Origin: Octopus sinensis
Taxonomy: Eukaryota
Reading direction: 5' to 3'
Length of the DNA stretch: 27,574 nt
Assembly: GCF_006345805.1 (NCBI RefSeq)
Contig: NW_021827591.1
Location: 1 to 27,574, forward strand
Positions within the stretch are counted from its first letter, which is position 1, and each line of letters opens with the position of its first letter. Below, one piece after another: positions 21,479 to 27,574 of this stretch. The notes below the pieces were generated by a model. The model worked only from the letters and a program-made list of their open reading frames with translations, had not been told where the DNA came from and ran no database searches. A program made the position numbers and the translations under genes.

Positions 21479-21877
21479 TAATTACAACAGCAAGCTGGCT
21501 GAGTCGTTAGAGCACTGAACAAAATGCCTCTTGGTATTTCTGTCAACCCATTATGCTCTGAGTTCAAATTATGACACGGTCAACTTTGCCCTTCATCCAC
21601 TTGGGGTCAATAAAATAAGTACCAGTTAGACACTGGGCGAGTGAGGGAGGTCAATGCAATCAACTGATTCTGCTCCCTTTAAAATTGCTGGTCTTGTGGT
21701 AAAATCACAAAGAATTATTTAATTACAAATTTTTATTTTTCAGGTTCAAATCTCATCAAAGTCATCTCTACATTTCATCCTCCCAGGGGCTGATAAACTT
21801 GAATACCAGTCACAAACTGGGGCTGGTGATATAAGCTGTAACCCTAACTCTTCATCCACTTGGGGGTCAATGAAATT

Positions 21878-22108
21878 ATTTCTTTACTACCCACAAGGGG
21901 CTAAGCACAGAGGGGACAAACAAGTGCAGACAAACGGATTAAGTCGATTATATTGACCCCAGTGCGTAACTGGTACTTAATTTATCGAACCCAAAAGGAT
22001 GAAAGGCAAAGTGGACCTCGGCAGAATTTGAACTCAGAACATAACGGCAGACGAAATACAGCTACGCATTTCGCCCGGTGTGCTAAAGACTCTGCCATCT
22101 CGCCGCCT
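21878..22108 (-). mobile_element. SINE family C inserted into the second copy of a tandem duplication
   Basis: Homologous to the 17001 copy and flanked by ggggtcaatgaaat / ggggtcaataaaat (putative TSD). Confidence 0.85.
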
Positions 22109-22616
22109 TTGGGGTCAATAAAATAAGTACCAGTTGGACACTGGGGGTGGGATCAATGCAATCAACTGACTCTGCTCCCCCTTAAAATTGCTGGTCTGGT
22201 GGTAAAATCACAAAGAATTATTTAATTACAAATTTTTATATTTTCAGGTTCAAATCTCATCAAAGTCATCTCTACATTTCATCCACCCAGGGGCTGATAA
22301 ACTTAAATACCAGTCACAAACTGGGGTTGGTGTTATAAGCTGTAACCACCACCCAGTAAATCTAGAGCTTTGTGCTTTCGCTAGAAATCAATACAACTAA
22401 CAAAACATATTAGCCGGGTGACAAAAAGAAAAAATATAGAAATCAATAAATGAGTTTTGGTAATGAAAATAGAGAAAAAGAATGATTGATTTTGGTTGTG
22501 AGTTTAATGGAACAAACGAGAGTTTGGCGTGGAGGGGTGAAGATGTGTCTGCATACAAATATGCATGGATCTGTGTTTGTATGTGTGTGTGTGTGTGTGT
22601 GTGTGTGCATGTATAG

Positions 22617-22930
22617 ATCATCATCATCATCATCATCATCATTTTACACTTGTTTTCCATGCTGGCATGGGTTGGACGGTTTGATAGGAACTGGTTAGCT
22701 AGAGAGCTGCACCAGGTTCCATAATCTGATTTGGCATGGTTTCCTATGGCTGTATGCCCTTCCTAATGCCAACCACTCCACAGAATGTGCTGGGTGTCTT
22801 TTAACTGTCACCAGTACAGGTGTCATTCACATGTCACCGGCACAGGTGTCGTTCACATGTCACTGGCACAGGTGCCGTTCACATGTCACCAGCACAGGTG
22901 TCATTCACATGTCACCGACACCAGCCCATT
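22617..22930 (-). mobile_element. Retroposon family D copy with a 26-bp tandem array (22805-22921)
   Basis: Reverse-complement tail catcatc...ttccatgctggcatgggttggacgg...gcccttcctaatgcc. Unit tgtcaccggcacaggtgtcgttcaca x~4.5. Confidence 0.8.
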
Positions 22931-23372
22931 ACCTTGATATGTCTTCTCAAGCATAACAAATCACCAAAAGTCTCAATCATTTGTCATCAACCCCATAAGA
23001 CACAACATCCGAAGATCATATTTCACTACCTAGTCCCACATTTCCCTGGGGTCTACCTTTTCCATCTACCTCTTCCACAGGGTCCCTCCACAGTTAGAGA
23101 TCAGCACTTCTTTACACACCTGTCCACGTCCATACACATCGCATGGCTCACACCAGCACAGTCTTCTCTCTTGCACACTGGGGCCTATTAAGCCCAATTT
23201 TTCTCTTAACCCTTTAGCATTTAAACTGACCATATCCAGCCAAAAGTATTCTGCCTGTTTTATGTTCAAACTGGCCAGATCTGGTCTCTCTCACCTACCC
23301 TACAATTCGTCTTAAAAATTAATAGCTACCTGGTCCATTTCAGAATTACTCATCTTTGCCAGCAATGTGAAA

Positions 23373-23478
23373 TGAAGTGTTTTGCTCAAGAACACAACGC
23401 GTCACCCGGTCCAGGAATTGAAACCACAACCTTACAATCTGGAATCCAATAGCCTAACCACTAAGCCATGCACCTCCA
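23373..23478 (-). mobile_element. SINE family B 5' part
   Basis: Reverse complement of gcatggcttagtggttagg...ggtttcaattcc...cttgagcaaaacacttcat. Confidence 0.75.
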
Positions 23479-23802
23479 CAGGGTGGATGTAAGGATGTGG
23501 ATATATATATTTGTAAATATATATATACATGTTTTGTATGGGTGAGTATACCTTAGTGTCTCTTTGGTGTGTCACCGTGTGAAAGCTGTAAACAAGTGTC
23601 ACTTACATACAAGCAGTGTTCGTAATTTCCATTCTTCTGAGTAAACATGTCTGCCTTGGAGTAATATTACTTTAACTTAAAAAAAGACAGGTCAGGGTTG
23701 GGGACAGAAAAGGCATTTAGCTGTATAAAATCTACCTGAACAAACTGCACCTGGACAATGCTCGCATGGAAAGATGAACATTAAATCATATATACATGTA
23801 TA

Positions 23803-24185
23803 GGCACAGTGTGGCTATGTAGGAAGTAGCTTGCTTACCAATCACATGGTTCTGGGTTCAGTCCCACAGCGTGGAAACTTGGGCAAGTGTCTTCTACTAT
23901 AGCCTCGGGCCGACCGAAGCCTTGTGAGTAGATTTCATAGACGGAAACTGAAAGAAGCCAGTCATATATATGTGTGTGTGTGTGTTGTGTGTGTGTGTGT
24001 GTGTATGTTTGTGCGTGTGTATGTGTGTTTGTGTGTCTGTGTATGTCACCCCGACCATCGCTTGACAACCAATGTTGATGTGCTAACATCCCCATCACTT
24101 AGTGCTTCGGCAAAAGACACCAATCGAATAAGTACTAGGCTTACAAAGAATAAGTCCTGGGGTTGACTTGTTTGACTAAAGGTGG
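23803..24185 (+). mobile_element. Family A SINE, 3'-truncated
   Basis: Homologous to the 7891 copy. Confidence 0.85.
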
Positions 24186-24393
24186 TACATGCTACCGGTG
24201 CAGGAGCCAGTCGGGGCAGGGAGGCTAGCATCAACTATGTTCGGAGGGTACTATTTACATGCCTCCGACATGGGGATCCGGTCAGGCAGCACTGGCAACG
24301 ACCCATGCATGCCTGGTGCTTATTGCGTGCCTCCACCATGGGAGCCACTTAGATAGCATTTATATATATGTATATATATATATAGAGAGAGAG

Positions 24394-24509
24394 AGTAAAG
24401 ATTATTTGCCAACATAATGTGACAGTCCTGGCTGGGAGGAATGTTTCTGTTATTTAACCCCGGGAAACATCGTCTCCAGCTGGCTATATGTTGGCAAATA
24501 ATCTTTACT
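24394..24509. mobile_element. 116-bp MITE-like element with a perfect 23-bp TIR
   Basis: agtaaagattatttgccaacata ... tatgttggcaaataatctttact. Confidence 0.75.
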
Positions 24510-24569
24510 TTAGAGTACTGTTACTGAATGTCTCTCATTGAGAGATTTAGAAATAATAATGTTTCTACA

Positions 24570-25290
24570 TATTTGTATGTGTGTGTATGTGTGCGTGTGT
24601 GTGTATGTATGCACATATGTATATGTGCATATGTATATGTATATGTATATGTGCATATATATACATATATATATGTATAAATTTATATATAAGCATATAA
24701 GCATATATGTATGTATATATATATATATATACTATACTTTATTTAAAAAGCAGCAAAAATTCAACAAAACCTGTTACTCTGAGTTTCCCGTTGCCGTTTG
24801 TCGGACAGTTTTTGCTATATAACTATATATATATATATATATATAGAAGTGTGTACATGAGTGTGTGTGTGTGTATGTATGCACATATGTATATGTACAT
24901 ATATATATGCAATATATATATATGTATAAATGTATATATAAGCATATAAGCATATATGTATATATATATATATATGTATTGTATGTATATATATATATAT
25001 ATAACTATATACTTTATTTAAAGCAGCAGAAAATTCAACAAAACCTGTTACTCTGAGTTTCCCGTTGCCGTTTGTCGGACAGTTTTTGCTATATAACTAT
25101 ATATATATATATATATATAGAAGTGTGTACATGAGTGTGTGTGTGTGTATGTATGCACATATGTATATGTACATATATATATGCATATATATATATATGT
25201 ATAAATGTATATATAAGCATATAAGCATATATGTATATATATATATATATGTATGTATGTATATATATAGAAGTGTGTACATGAGTGTGT
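24570..25290. repeat. Local tandem duplication (~290-bp period) embedded in TA/TG microsatellite
   Basis: aactatactttattt...cccgttgccgtttgtcggacag...agaagtgtgtacatgag occurs twice, with a partial third copy at ~25268. Confidence 0.9.
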
Positions 25291-25737
25291 GAGTGTGTGT
25301 GTGTGTGTGTAGTGAGAGAGAGAAAAGAATTTTCTTTCTTAACTAAGAAAAAGTTTTAATTATTTTGTTATTTCCCCACATTTAATTACATGTGACTCTC
25401 TCTCTCTCTCCTCCCCTCTCCCTCTCTACTCTTCCTCTGTCCCCCATTCCTTTTCTTTCTCTATCTCATGTATTCAGACTTATTTGCATACTTGTCATCA
25501 TCATCATCATCATCATTAATAGCAGTAATGGCTTACTGATATACCCACGATGTGGTGTTTCCCACCCTTACTCATATCAAAAACAGTTTTTATAGCTTTC
25601 AGTAGATTTCAAAAAAGAGTTTTTCTCTCATATCCCCCAAACACACATATAACTATATATTTCTGCATGCAGGTGAATGTGTGTGTATATGTATACATGT
25701 GTCTGTATGTATATGTGTGTGTATATGTGTACGTGTA

Positions 25738-25796
<59 letters not shown>

Positions 25797-25823
25797 GTAT
25801 ATATATGTATACATACATATACA

Positions 25824-26273
25824 GGTGCAGGAGTGGCTGTGTGGCAAGTAGCTTGCTTACAAACCACAAGGTCCTGGGTTGAGTCCCACTGCATGGCACC
25901 TTGGTCAAGTGTTTTCTACTATAGCCTCGACTCAACCAAAGCCTTGTGAGTGGATTTCGTAGACGGAAAACTGAAAGAAGCCCCGCATATATATATATAA
26001 TGTATGTATGTATGTATGTTTGTGTGTATGTATGTATGTATGCCTGTATGTATGTATGTCTGTATGCATGCATTTGTGTGTCTGTGTTTGTCCCTGCAAA
26101 ATTGTTTGACAACCGATGTTGGTGTGTTTATGTCCCCATAACTTAGCGGTTCAGCGATAGAATAAGTACTAGACTTACAAAGAATAAGTCCTGGGGTCAA
26201 TTTGTTCAACTAAAGGCAGTGCTCCAGCATGCCTGTAGTTCAATGACTGAAACCAATAAAAGAATAAAAGAAT
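25824..26273 (+). mobile_element. Family A SINE
   Basis: Homologous to the 7891 copy. Confidence 0.88.
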
Positions 26274-26619
26274 ATGTACATCTATCTATCTATCAATCTA
26301 TCTATCTATCTATCTATATCTATATAATATATATATATGTATATGAATATATAGTGAAACCAGTTTGCCAGAAACTGTTCCTGTTTCTATGAGACAAACT
26401 TTATGCTTTAAAGTGATCCAATTTAAGACTTATCAAAATGTCATATTGATTTATGCTCCTAACACTCTAGTTTAATATTGACAAAGTTATTCGACTAAAT
26501 TCATCATTATTTCCAATATTAATTGAAACAAAAGGCAGTGTGTTTCAGCACAAAGTGCTAAATTGATTGAACTGAAACTTTCCATCTAAATTTCCTGTTA
26601 ATTTATGTTCCAGACACCA

Positions 26620-27346
26620 GCTTAACCTTTTTGTTACTGCTGTATTTATTTTGAGATGCTCTGTGTTTCTTTCAATTCATTTTAGATATAAAAAGAATTT
26701 AGTAAAATAACTTAGTTATCGTTAAGCTGGTGTTAGGAACATAAATTGTGGGTAAGGCTTGGTGGAGATTTTAATTCAGAGCTTTTGTAAGCAAGACATT
26801 TGTACTACAGAGCCAGAAGCGGTTTCATGTAGGTATCAAAAGGGTTAAGAATTGTTTCTCTGTTATATATTTTAACCTTTTCATTACTGTATTTATTTTG
26901 AAATCCTCTGTGTTTCTTTCAATTAATTTTAAATATAACGAAGAATTTAGTAAAATAACTTAGTTATCATTAAGCTATTGTTAGGAACATAAATTGTGAC
27001 TAAGGTTTGGTGGAAGATTTTAATTCAAAACTTATGAAAACAAGACATTCGTACTTCAGAGGTGGTTTCAGGTGGGTTGGTATCAAAAGGATTAAGAATT
27101 GCTTCTCTGTTATATATTTTAACCCTTTTGTTACCATATTTCTATTGAGGTGGTCTATGTTTCTTTCAATTAATTTTAAATATAGCAAAGAATTTAGTAA
27201 AATAACTTTGTTATCATTCAGCTAGTGTTAGGAACATAAATTGCAACTAAAGTTTGGTGGAAGATTTTAATTCAAAACTTATGAAAACAAGACATTTGTA
27301 CTACAGAGCCATAGCTGGTTTCAGGTGGGTTGGTATCAAAAGGGTT
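26620..27346. repeat. Three diverged tandem copies of a ~245-bp unit
   Basis: gaatttagtaaaataactt...tgttaggaacataaatt...ggtatcaaaagg recurs at ~26695, ~26942 and ~27190. Confidence 0.9.
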
Positions 27347-27464
27347 ACTAAATGACAGTTATTTCCCTAAATTCTTCATTCTTTTCAAAATTAATTGAAA
27401 TAAGGGAATATTTATTTTGTTTACTTATTTATTTTTGTCGTTGTGTCTTTGTATATGAGAAAAC

Positions 27465-27574
27465 GCATGGCTTAGTGGTTAGAGTGTTATGCTCATGATT
27501 GTAAAATTGGGGTTTCAATTCCCGGTCTAGGGCGTACATTATGTCCTTGAGCAAAACACTTCATTTCACTTAGC
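27465..27574 (+). mobile_element. SINE family B 5' part (runs off the window)
   Basis: gcatggcttagtggttagag...gggtttcaattcc...cttgagcaaaacacttcatttc. Confidence 0.78.

Overview
AT-rich eukaryotic genomic DNA saturated with microsatellites and retroposons. The SINE types and repeat load suggest an octopus or other coleoid cephalopod (inference). The window contains one protein-coding gene that I could reconstruct completely: a minus-strand phospholipid scramblase (PLSCR family) with 10 coding exons between 16313 and 173. All introns are GT-AG, all phases match, and the CDS is 1569 nt (522 aa). The scramblase domain is conventional ([16 protein letters not shown], Cys clusters, ADNFGISFPMDLDVNMKATLLG, IDFMYYE). 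The N-terminus is an unusually long, ~270-aa Q/P/G/Y repeat tract encoded by one frame-symmetric 807-nt exon. Introns and upstream DNA hold at least four families of SINE-like retroposons, 3' ends of RLE-type and CR1-type LINEs, two TIR MITEs, Helitron-like elements, a degenerate Penelope-type hammerhead-like motif, minisatellites and local duplications. Nearly all other long ORFs in the track are microsatellite read-throughs. I found no clearly new multi-gene system. The most interesting items are the expanded prion-like exon and its inverted-repeat flanks, motif changes in the scramblase, and the hammerhead-like motif inside a nested insertion.
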